Source: Paragordius varius
Taxonomy: Eukaryota; Animalia; Nematomorpha
Assembly (NCBI GenBank): GCA_964247055.1
Contig: OZ176050.1
Span: forward strand, 3,844,001 to 3,908,000
DNA length: 64,000 nucleotides
Direction: 5' to 3'
This document shows, piece by piece, positions 52,423 to 64,000 of this stretch. The stretch's first letter is position 1; every line of letters starts with the position of its first letter. A model generated the notes under the pieces. That model did no database searches, was not told the DNA's origin, and worked only from the letters and a program-made list of their open reading frames with translations. A program made the translations under genes and the position numbers.

Positions 52423-52471
52423 TGCTTTAGCTTTATTATTTAATATGTATTGTATAAAATAAATTATTGAC

Positions 52472-53006
52472 TCATATTAATTCTCCAGTTTTTTCCAATA
52501 AAAACTGTCTGCATAATTCCGATAAATTATCAATTTTTAGCAAATCCGAAGCCTTGTATATTTCTTTAATTTCCTCAATTGTTCCCGTAAACTCTGCCGT
52601 ACACATATATTCCAAAATTTTCTATAATTATCTATGCAATACTTGAAAAATTGGTAAGGTCACTGCATCATTTGGTAATGTTATTTCCGAAACATGCCTC
52701 ATGTTAACTCTATCATACATGTTCATAAAATAATCATCAAAAAAGACGCTATGTGCTCCTAGTATAATTGAATGAGCTCTTACCGATTTATCGCCTATTT
52801 TTGTTATTATAGAAAATATGTAAAATAATCATACCGATTTTGACAGTTACATCGGTAAATTGATTCTTGAGCCAGGCCGATTTTGCGAATCGTCCTAAAG
52901 CAGCAAAATGACTTTCCTGTTCGTTGTTAAGTTCTGTACTTATATCATAAAAAATTTGATTCTTTTTAATGTTATCATTAGATGCCACAGGGATAATAGC
53001 TGACAT
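52472..53006 (-). CDS. BTB/POZ-domain-only protein, ~157 aa, 3 exons
   Basis: Exons 53006-52835, 52794-52643, 52621-52472; introns of 40 and 21 nt. FTDVTVKIGDKSVRAHSIILGAHSVFF...ILEYMCT...KASDLLKIDNLSELCRQFL is a typical BTB. Confidence 0.85.
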
Positions 53007-53493
53007 TAACGTTTAATTAACTCGTTCTAGAAATGATAACTTATGTGTAAAAAAGATGATCGCCAAATACTTATATATTAAACCATGGTAAATTAATGTG
53101 CCTCAATACCTATATTTTAATCGATATACATTGGTTTTGTAAAAAATACATCTTTATTAGTTGGGGTAAAATTTGTCCCGTATTTTATTTAATAGCAATA
53201 TTAATAATTTTTCCCTCTAATAAATGATTTTATGTAATTTATATGCATTAGACAAGTTTTATACAGTTAGCACTTATATTATTGTTTATAAAAGCGTTTA
53301 ATTAGGGGAAATTCAATGTATGATAACTTAAGTTGAGTTTGGACCGGTTAAGGCATTTATGACCGTCATTGTGACCGATTATTTAAAAAGTCAATTTATT
53401 CAACATATGTTTATCATGTGATACTGATAATAGTCTATATAACACCATAATAAAAACTATTCCATTTTATTTTAATATCATTTAGTAATTTAA

Positions 53494-53927
53494 CATTTCA
53501 TGACTTTTTGGGGTAGCTTTCTAAAGGACCATTTAAAACTTAAATATCTTAAAAAATATTTTTAACAATGGGCCAAATTTAAAAATATACTTTTAACCTT
53601 TTAGGTGCATAATACAAAATTTTTTTATGTATTATTGTAAAAAAAATCCTTATTAGCTGCTATTTTTTAAATTTTTTAAACAGTTTGCATTTAATCAGCA
53701 AAAACTTGATAATTATTGATTTTAAATCAGCTGATCATGTTCCGCAGCTGTCCTAATTTTAGACTTTAACAAAACTGCAAAAATATAACCTATTTAAAAA
53801 AGGGTATGTTTGATAATCAAATTTCAACTAAAAAAACTTTTAAAACGGTTGTTTACAATATTGAGCTCTGGAATATAAAACTACCCCAATATGTCATCGC
53901 GGACAAAAAGTTAAAGGTTATGAAGTG
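53494..53927 (-). mobile_element. piggyBac-like MITE family 2, reverse copy
   Basis: TTAA|CATTTCATGACTTTTTGGGGTAG ... CTACCCCAATATGTCAT...GGTTATGAAGTG|TTAT. Confidence 0.7.
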
Positions 53928-56261
53928 TTATTAACATAATAAAAAACAGTAACTTTTTTATTGTTTACTAGTTATGACACTAAATAACTGCATCATAAGC
54001 TATTATACCAGTTACAAAACCAGTCCCTTTTTTCTGGCTTAAATTATGCACAATTGGGCCATATTGTCAGCGTTCCAGGTCTTTGGTGTATGAGCTGGCT
54101 AACATATAGCATAAAAAATTGAGATTATATAACGAGTCGTCGCTGATAAATAAATTTCGTTTGCTGTTGATTACATAAGGGCTATTCGGGGTACTTATTT
54201 ATGGGAAGTTTTAAAAAATAAAAACTAATGATAAAAAATGTGCCAATAAACCATAAGATAGGTATTATGAAGTTGAGACTTGATTCGATGTAATGGAAAT
54301 TTTTTATGTATTAGATATATAAAAGTTTACAAACAATTTAAGTACTCTATAACCGAAATCAATTAGGCCTTATTATGATCACAAATGGACCGATGAAATA
54401 TTTAACCCATTATCTTTATAGACATGTATACATCATTACACTATATTTAAATAATATAAGAAGCGTAAAATATATGTAAAGAATATAACAAAATTAATTT
54501 GATAATAGAAACCAGGATGGTAGAATTCATTAATGACTCAAGGTATTAAAGATGATTATATTCTTTCAAACTTTTCAACCTTTAGCTATTCGATATTTTT
54601 GGCACTTAATTAAACATTCATGCAATTAAAACTTTGGAATTTTCAAGCGTTATCTGCATCTAACATTGTCAGTGAAAGAAATAAAATTATTAAAATATGC
54701 ATGAGACTGGACTAAATATGCATTATATATTTAATATTAAAAGTAGACAAAAATAATATTTCTCTTGTTCACAATTGGTTAAAAATTGAGTAGACATTTT
54801 TTTAAAAACATTAAAAAAATCAATCCTCTCTGTTAGACATTATTTTCACAGGAAGTTTTAAGAAACGTTCACCGAAAGGTTTTAAAATTTGACCGTTTTT
54901 AAAACTTAATTTACGAAAATAGTACCTTATACAACAGTTTAACTTTGATGATTGCGTTTGACTAAAATAAACACACAGTAAAAATTGAAAATATACATAA
55001 AAAATGTAAAATCTAACAAATAATTATTTGTAAAAACCGCTATATTTTTAATGATTCTTCCCACATATTTAATTACAATATAAATGATAAAATTAAGTCT
55101 ATTAACAATTTACAAATCTATTCCTGAGTTTGCAACGCAAAACATTTAATATTTAACAAATCAAATTTTGAAAAATATCGTTGTTGTCTTTAGAAAAAAT
55201 ATCTGCCTTTTAGTTTTCGCCTTTTGTCTGTATACTTTAAATTTTGACTGCAATATTTAATTTATATGGGTACAAAGGTTTAGCCAGCGTTTAATATACC
55301 TGATGCATGAATTGCGCCTCTATTTGGCTGATGGTGCCAAAAAGCACAAACCTGAGATATATTTTAAAAAATTCTTAATCTTGGAGGTCCTTAATTTTGC
55401 TTGGTGAGTATACACAACCCTTTTTAAAAACAAATATTGGGACTTAAAAGGCTGAAACTTTTATTTATTTTTTTTCTATGATATCTTTGATTAATTATGC
55501 AGCAAATTCCGGTATTGAACAAGTTGATAAAAAGTTTGATATAGATTTTATTAAATTATTAAAACAAAGCTAGAAATAATAAAATCAATATTATGTTATC
55601 CAAAAGATATGAGCCATTTTTTTAAATCTATGCAAAAGGGCAGAATAATATAATTTATAATTATTAATAATATAGGTTAATACCACAAAAAGCGGTATCA
55701 TGGGTTTCATATATTCTCAAAGAATTAATTGTGACAGATAGAAAAATGGTTGAATAAACTAAATTTTACCTGATTGTAAATAAAACAGCATAATTTCCCA
55801 ATACCTAGGCAGGTAGAATTGTTAAAGCAGGTTAAAATTTTTATCCTTTTTAGACTCTAAAAAGTATTTAAATATCAAAATATATATTTAAAAATCCAAA
55901 GAGGTAAAATGTATTGTAATAATGATGGTGGAAACTCTTTATATATATAAACACAAATTCATATCCTTAAAACATGATTATGCCTTCTTAAAATTAAATG
56001 GTATTAAGGAATAAATATTTAAAACATTTAGGGTTAGTATTATAATTTGTGTAATATAATTCAATTATAACCGTTGTCTTTTTGTGGATGATGTTACACC
56101 TTACTATATTTATTATAATTTTCATATCATTAGATACTGAACCAGGTTAGGTTCACAGCTAAAACGGTTATTTAATATAAAAATCATTATTGATTTTTGA
56201 AATAAACTAATGTTGGCCAAATCATAGTTAATAAATAGAATAACCTACAATTTTCCTTTAA

Positions 56262-56839
56262 CACTTCGATTCAAATTGGGGTATCTAAATACCCCAGACT
56301 AAATTTAAGTTATAATTTTTAAAAAACTACTGAAGGAAACGGTCCCAATTTAAATTTATGCTTTTATCCTGATAAATATTATATAAATATGCCAAAATAT
56401 CTTGATAAAATTTTGTTTTGAAAAAAAATTTTCATCTCAAACTACTTCGACGCCATTTTTATTTTACAAAAATTTTGCAAAATATGGTCTTCATTTAATT
56501 TTAAAGGCGAAAACTAAAGCTTATTTTTATATAAATTACATCTAACATTGATAGAAATAGAAAAAGCGGTTTATTTTGTATTATTTTTTAATTTTACAAT
56601 TTGACACATGTCACGTTGACTAAATTTTTACCTTTCAGTTCTCAAAATAAGTAATATCAAGTATTTTTGAATAAAATTTTTTATATATTTCGGTTTTTTA
56701 ATGTTATATAAGTGCAAAATTTTGCCATGGTTTCGATTACTTCCATACTTTTTAAAGTATTTGATTTTAAACAGGCCTGGGGTATCCAACTACCCCAATT
56801 TGAATCGAAGCACTAAAATGAGTGTGTTGTATCCAAGTG
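56262..56839 (+). mobile_element. piggyBac-like MITE family 1 (578 bp, best preserved)
   Basis: TTAA|CACTTCGATTCAAATTGGGGTA ... TACCCCAATTTGAATCGAAG-spacer-CCAAGTG|TTAA. Confidence 0.85.
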
Positions 56840-57587
56840 TTAATATAATTACTCCAAATTTTTTAACTAAAATCTGATCTCTAGTATTATAGTAATAACT
56901 ATTTATCCTTCTTAATACACTTCCTCCACACATCAACTGCATTGGCCATTAAAATAAAAAAACCTATATTATTTAAAATAATGAAAACTGACTTTAAAAT
57001 TTTAACTGTAAAATTTGGAAATGGTTCGCTTAATGATTCAATTTCAAGCCATCGCCGTGAAGTGATTGAAAATTTGAGAAAAAATAGATATTACATTTTA
57101 TTCCCGCCTAAAATTTAATAATTAAAATTAAGGTTCTTAAATCGGCGGACAATAATTTGAGGAGAAGTAAAATATACTAACATACTCACCGGGCGTTAAA
57201 AACGTATTATGCAACTTAATTATTAAATTTATGCTTCTATATTTATTATATTAACTGTATAAGACAACAAAAGAGATTGGCTGTTAAAATAAAAAAAAAT
57301 AGTTTTTACTAAGTTTATTATTATGTTACTAGAACTTTCTAGCGGTTGGAGTGGAAAATGAACACCATTTAGGGCATTTTGTGTCAGGAAGATTTAGGAT
57401 TTCGCTTTTATGAAAAATATTTGTACACTATTATTCCGTAATTTTGGTTATTACTATGAGTAAAATCTATTTAACGGCACTAATATTTAGATAATTTTTA
57501 ATCGATTTATGTTACTACCTTATTAACACAATTTACATCACAATCAAACTAATAAGGCATTTCTACAATCTTCATTCATTTAATCAA

Positions 57588-59366
57588 ATGACGAACAAAA
57601 GGCATACAAGGGATTCAGGCTGTTGCAGCCTAAATCTGCTTAAATATTTTATGTTTACTTATAATTTCTTCTTTTGGGTATTGATTACATAATATTTAAA
57701 GCTAATTAGCATTTGTTTGCTTGGAGTTTCTTTATGGGTACTTATTTCCAAACATCCATATTTACCATTGCTTAACGCAAATCAATTTTTTATCGCAACA
57801 TGTTTGATGATTGGTGTGGGAGTTATAATTGTTTTTGTTGGATCTATCGGATGTGTGTCTATTTGGAAGGAAGATAGATGCTTACTTAAATTAGTAAAAC
57901 AATGTTTAATATTTAGTACATATTTTTGCTTTTTATAATATTTGTTTGTCAATCCTTATCGGGTGTCTTTGCTTTCCTATACCATTCCAAAATGCATAAG
58001 GAGCTCGATATTCAATTACATGAGACATTTCTCAAGGCATTCAATATTGATGACAGGAAAACAAAAGCAATAGATTTGTTGCAGAAAAAGGTATTGGTTT
58101 TCAACGCTATGATAAACACTGTTTTTTTCATTTTTATGCTTAATAATTTTTGTATTTTATCAAATTATATATTTTTCCATTAATATAAACTTTAGCTAAA
58201 AAATTATCTAATATAATCTTGCCTCATATTTTTTATAAGCTTTCTATTTTTTTCAAATATCCAGTTTAAATGTTGTGGAATAAAGTCTTTTGAGGATTGG
58301 AAACAAAGTTTATGGATTAAGAATTTGACTCATATCCCACCATACAATAACACGGTGCCTGATTCATGCTGCATTTCCCCCAGCCAATATTGTGGGGTCC
58401 GGGATCACCCCTCAAATATTTACTATGATGTAAGGAAACATTTTAAAAAATATACCATTTGCACCAACCTCAAATTCATTCTAAAATAAATAAGTTTTGT
58501 AAGATTAAAAGTAGAAAATGAAATTGTTTAAAATATATAATACCGAAAAAAAAATAAACTATGCCATAAAGGTATATTTCTTAGTAATGATGATATATAT
58601 TAGTCCGAAAACACATAATTTATTTTTAGGGTAAATATGAATTGTTTAAAGGCGAATTTGAATTGTTCTAGGGCTAATTGTTCAAGAGGGAATATTAATT
58701 GTTCAAGGGCGAATATAAATTAAATGGTATATTGCATGTGTTAAAAAAGGTTTGAACATCGCATTAGATTCTTAATGGGTAAACTAATAAAAAAGTTTAT
58801 AATAAAATATATTTTTAGAAAAAATTAACCATATTTTATGATATTTACTACATTTTTATGATTAAAGTAATAAACTATTTTACATTAATTCCTTTACTCG
58901 TATTGCAACATTTTAAATTTCATGTTTTACGCTTTTTCTATTTAATCTTTTCTGTAATGTTTATTTTATTGTAAATTAAAATTATTCATTTTGTATATTA
59001 AATATGTTGCGGGAGACACCCATTGATAATTTAGTTTTGGATTCAAAGGATATTAAGTTATTGAGCTTGATACAATACAAAATAAAAAGTGAGATTTTAC
59101 AAACAACATAATATTTTAATATATAATTTATCGATTTTACCGAAATGTGTTATATGTTTTCAAATTATTTGGCTACTAAGCAAATACCTATTGTTCTCTT
59201 TATAATAGCTATCTTTGGTAGGAATAATTTTCAATGGTTAGTTCAAAAGACATTTGATTATAACTTGCGCTTTAATTATTTAATGCGCGATACTCGCTAT
59301 TAGCCTTTAGACCCATTTTTAAATATATTATCATGAAATTTCGTATCTAATGGTTTGTTTTGTTTT

Positions 59367-59413
<47 letters not shown>

Positions 59414-59923
59414 ATAGGGTTGTCTAGATAAATTTGCAAAAGTAATTCGTGAAAACATTATTCTGATTAGCTGTTTGGGATTGGGCTTTTGTAGCATTCA
59501 GGTAATTTTATTATATATTTGTTTCGAATTTTAGAATAAAAAGTTTGTCCTCAAGTCATTTGGAGAAATGACTTTTTTAAATATATTTTGTTTTTGCCAT
59601 AACTGGCACTTATTTTAGAAACAACTAATATTTCAAACTAAAATAAAACATATTTAAACACCAAAATATATTAAATAACAATATCTTGTTGACCACAGAT
59701 ATTACATTCTTTCTGTATATTAATTAAAATTATATCTAAATTAAGTTTATTATAAATTTTATATCGCAAATTTTAGGTAAAAATTGAATCTTTCTATTAT
59801 TTTATGCCATTTTACATATTTAAAATCATTTTTACTTTCTAGATAATTGGGATAATTTTTGCTACATGCTTAGCCATAAAACTTAAACGTTACCAGGGAT
59901 TTACAGGATTGTACCCATATTAG
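57588..59923 (+). CDS. Tetraspanin, CD151/TSPAN11-like, 6 exons
   Basis: Exons 57588-57677, 57702-57893, 57917-58090, 58265-58429, 59418-59501, 59843-59923. LKYFMFTYNFFFW, CCG, VPDSCC, CGVRDHPSNIY, GCL; four TM segments; C-terminal YQGF (YxxPhi). Confidence 0.93.
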
Positions 59924-59944
59924 AATAAAATTACAAAATCAGTT

Positions 59945-59965
59945 CCCCCCCCCCCCCCCCCCCCC
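59945..59965. repeat. C21 homopolymer (G21 on the minus strand)
   Basis: Seen directly, 21 bp after the tetraspanin stop codon. Confidence 0.9.
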
Positions 59966-61225
59966 TTAATATCTAATTTATTAAAAATTATGAAAAATGT
60001 ATGCAATCGAGCATTTATCAGTGACAAATTCAAATATTAAGTATATCGTTTTGTTTTAAATTACATATGTACACTCATTAATTTAGCTATAATCAAAAAT
60101 TCCATTTTATTTTCAATGGGATATTGAAATTGAACGCAAGCATTTTTGATATTATCTAAGTTAGTCATTATGTCACTAAGTTTTTCACATTTTATATTTT
60201 TTTGCCAAAAACAACCAAAACATAGCATCTCACAAATTTGGAAATGAATAACCATTTTTTGATACATTTCCATACGTTTTGTATCAATTTTTATATAGAT
60301 TATAATAATAATTAATTAACTTAATATATTAATTTTTAAAATGAAATAATTACAAATTATTTAATGATTGTTTATCGAAATAATTGTTGGTTTAAACGCC
60401 ATGGGGTGCAGTCCTTATAATACAATTATGTTTGGTAAAATTTTGAAAAGGGAGGGAAACTTATATTTGACATAGGACAAATTTTATTGTATATCGAGTT
60501 ATTGTTATTAATTCGAGTTAAGTACTGATATACAGCAAAAATTAATATTATTGGATATATTGGTGTTATAATTGGTGCTTTAATGATAATTTAGTGTAAA
60601 TAAATTATCGATTAGTTTTTTACCTCCTGAGTAATTTTTATTTTAAATCTAATAATAGCAAAAATATTAACAAAGGTTTTTTAAGCTCTTTATAACTTTA
60701 ATATCTTTCATCTCGAACTTTTAGCCATTAAATTTTCTTTAACTTTTGTAGATTATGGATTATCAGCTGTTTTAAATGGATATAAGATTAACTTATGTTT
60801 TTTATTTCTGAATAAGTTACAAATTTGAATAAGGATAGCTAATGTTTGATATAAAATATTGAATAGAATATCGTGATCCAGAAGTATAAGGTTTCATCTT
60901 TATATGTTAGCAACAATAAATTAAAATTTTATTTTTTTAACTTCCGGACTACAAAACCCTTTAATTAATATATAAGTTATGAATTAAATAACTTAGATTT
61001 GTTTTTATAAAAAAATATTTTTCCTTAATTTCAACGCCCTTCTATATTTAATCTATCTAATCTTCATTCTTATTTAGCAGGTAAGCTGTTTTTGATCGTT
61101 GAGTTTGAGAATTTTTACTACTCTAAATCATTTAGAAATTAAATTGATCTGGCAAAAAAATTAATATAATATCCAAAACAGCATTATGTAGTATCACAAT
61201 ATCCAAAATACAATTAAAGATGCTG

Positions 61226-62090
61226 TCAAAAGACAACAATAGAGGTGAAAATTAATGAATATATCTTTTTAATATTGTTTGACCAAGGGCAAATATACAA
61301 TAATAAAATTAAAATAATAATCAGTTTCGTAAAAACAGAAATACATATAGTGGAGTTTAGTGGGAAAATACCAATTACACTGCTCAACAAGGTTTTGCAC
61401 CACCCCATTATTTTTGCATTTCCTGATACCTAATGGCATGGAAAGGCCAAAACAAAAAAGAAAATTGAGGCCACCAATAGGATTTTTCCGAAATTTAATT
61501 TTTAAATTTGTATTTAATTTAAAAATAACAATCATTCCTCGTGCACATATGTTTAAATATTCAAACGAACAAGTCGATACAAGTAATATTCCATGCATGA
61601 ATAACAAAATTCTAGGCATTAAATAAGATACTAAACAAGCAGCCAAAGTATTAAAAATCTAAAAGGGGCTTATGTATAGTGTGATAGATCCGGGCGGCTG
61701 CACAAGATCTGCATATCCCCAAGCGATCCAATTATGCCAGATATGGCAAAGATAACAATAAGTAATCGTAAAGCCCGATAAGAGAGACTTGCAAGCAAAA
61801 TCCAGGCAAATTGACATGTCAAATTAACCAATTCAAAGAATAAAGTTAGATAAATTCTACAATTATTAAATAAAAAGATTAGGTAAATACAAATGGTCCA
61901 ATCCCATAATAGTAAATTCTACTAAAAGTGGCTACACAACATCCATCTGAAATTAAAAATACAAAACACCAATAATTTTAAAAAATAAAGTATATCCACT
62001 AGGTATAAATAAAGGATTTTTTTGTAAGAACCAACTCAAGAAAAAAAGCCTTATAAGTACTCGAAAGAACGAAAACTAACAAAAAAAAAT
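61226..62090 (-). CDS. Putative multi-pass membrane protein gene or pseudogene; exon structure unresolved
   Basis: Several hydrophobic open segments: IYLTLFFELVNLTCQFAWILLASLSYRALRLLIVIFAISGIIG, IFNTLAACLVSYLMPRILLFMHGILLV, MGWCKTLLSSVIGIFPLNSTICISVFTKLIIILILLLYICPW. No fully consistent GT-AG chain was found. Confidence 0.4.
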
Positions 62091-62712
62091 ATAGCCTATC
62101 TAAAAGCCGAAGGTTTAAAACATAGAATGCTTTTTTTAGTATTTTTTTAAAAATTTTTTATACGCATTAAAAATTCACTTGAAAGAAAAAGACTAAATTT
62201 TGACGTTTAAGTCCGTACTATTTTTTTCTCTCTGATATTTAAATGACATATTTATATTCAATAGATAGAGAAAACGCTTTATTAAATGATATTAAGTTTA
62301 TAATATAATAACATTTTATTATAAAGTTATATATAATTTTCTCTCGATTTTCTCTTGTTTTTAAAAATTGAAAAACCTATAATATTTCAAAATTCTGATT
62401 GGCGAGATCAAATATTTTTTCACATTCGGTTTTAAAACACTGAAATTAGTCATAATTTAAAAGTTTGAGTGGTGATGCTCAAAAATGTCCAAATTTGTCG
62501 ACTAGTGTTATTATCGCAATAAAACATTTCCAATTTTTAAACATAACGATCGTGAACAAATTGAATATAATAATTGTATGTGACAGCTCTATTGACATAA
62601 TTAATATACATCCTCCACAAATATAACTTTATGAAATTATAATCATTATAATTAGAATTGATGATAAACACATTTTGCTGATTCATTATTCAATGAATAT
62701 TTTTATAATTTA

Positions 62713-64000
62713 CTAACGTAAATCTCGTGCTACTACGCAGCCCGAGGAAATCCTTCACCTTCTGGGGGTGGGGGCTATTTGAAAAAGGGACAATAAAATG
62801 ATCCACATATGTAGATTATTTCGAAACATTATTTAATAGCTACGATCTCATAGGAATTATAAAACGGTGCATTCATACAATGATTGTTTACTTGAGGGAA
62901 AAATAGATTTAAAAAAATATTTATACATATGATAGAAACTCCTTACTTAGCAGCTATCATCAAAGAAACGCTTGACTAAAATTTTTTCCTTTTAACCGGT
63001 AATACGAAAAATCCTTATCGAATTTTTACAGTCTCATACCTTGGGCAAAAAAATACAATCAAAAAAATATTTTTGTGGACATTGTTTTTTTTTTAAAAAA
63101 ATGGCATTTTACGGGGGTAGCGGGTAAAAAGAGGGCCTTAATCAAAAAAGGTCGACTATGTTCGGCGCAATCGAAAATAAGTAAACAAAAATCATATTTG
63201 AAATTGAATGGGTCAACACGTTCTCCAGAAAATTGTCTCAAACACACGATTTTTGTGGATTTGTGTTTTAAAAAAAACCGTTTTTCATACGGGGTGGGCC
63301 CGAACGGGGGCCTAATTCAAAAAAAGGGCGAGGCTATTGTCGGGGCATTCATTAATGATTATATTTTTTCGATGTTTGGATTTGATTGGGTCTACCCGTT
63401 TTCCTGTACCAGATCACAAAGCCAGCATTTTCCATTTTTATAAATATATAGATTACCATAAATAATGTTTTAATATCCATATATCTTTTAACATGCTATA
63501 CATATGATGGATACTCCTTACTCAGCATCTATCATCAAAGTAACGCCTGACTAAAATTTTTGCCTTTTAACAGGTAATATGAAAAAACCTTCTCGAATTT
63601 TTACAGTCTCATACCTTGGGCAAAAAAATACAATCAAAAAAATATTTTTGTGGGATATGTTTTTTTTGAAAAAAATGGCATTTTACCGGGGTAGCGGGTA
63701 AAAAGAGGTCCTAAATCAAAAATGTGAGTCGACTATGTACAGCGCGATCAAAAATAAGTAAATAAAAATCATATTTGAAATTGAATGGTCCAACACGTTC
63801 TCCAAAAAATTGACTTAACCCATTTTTCACACGGGGTGGGGTCGAACTGGGGACCTAATTCCAAAAAAGGGCGAAGCTATTGTCGGGACATTCATTAATG
63901 ATTATATTTTTTTGATATTTGGATTTGATTGGGTTCACTGGTTTCGGAAACAGATCACAAAATTACATGAGGAATCAGTTTTTAGCGGATAGCTCCTTAC
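62713..64000 (-). mobile_element. Helitron-like element with tandem array running off the window
   Basis: A|CTAACGTAAATCTCGTGCTACTACGCAGCCCG (CTAG mutated), then the same alternating ~575/~480-bp subunits as at 1-1271, with an internal TC end at 63452. Confidence 0.75.

Noticed and set aside
54000-55450. Moderately GC-richer patches near 54000-54200 and 55250-55430
   Set aside because: No long frame or recognisable motif; probably old TE debris that I cannot classify.

Overview
This is a very AT-rich eukaryotic (metazoan) genomic window with spliceosomal genes among dense transposon relics. No rRNA, tRNA or CRISPR array was seen. Gene models were built by hand from GT-AG junctions and reading-frame continuity: a ~1283-aa low-complexity protein with one Ig-like domain (+, 8416-20071), homogentisate 1,2-dioxygenase (-, 12 exons), a ~654-aa truncated SVEP1/polydom-like protein (-), a 78-aa single-pass microprotein missed by the ORF track (-), a lysosomal-acid-lipase-family gene (-) head-to-head with an intronless, SWIRM-less and apparently catalytically dead LSD1/KDM1A homologue (+), a small coiled-coil gene (+) convergent with a BTB-only gene (-), a CD151-like tetraspanin (+), and an unresolved multi-pass membrane gene (-). 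The most striking features are (1) many introns of only 21-28 nt, some at positions conserved with vertebrates, (2) the LSD1 pseudo-enzyme, and (3) a non-autonomous Helitron family carrying internal satellite arrays. Other repeats are two TTAA-flanked piggyBac-like MITE families, hAT-like and Tc1-like MITEs, a decayed Mos1-like mariner and an RTE LINE fragment. The organism cannot be named from the sequence; AT richness plus ultra-short introns suggests a genome-streamlined animal such as a mesozoan or myxozoan (inference only). Family assignments come from remembered motifs, not from database searches.
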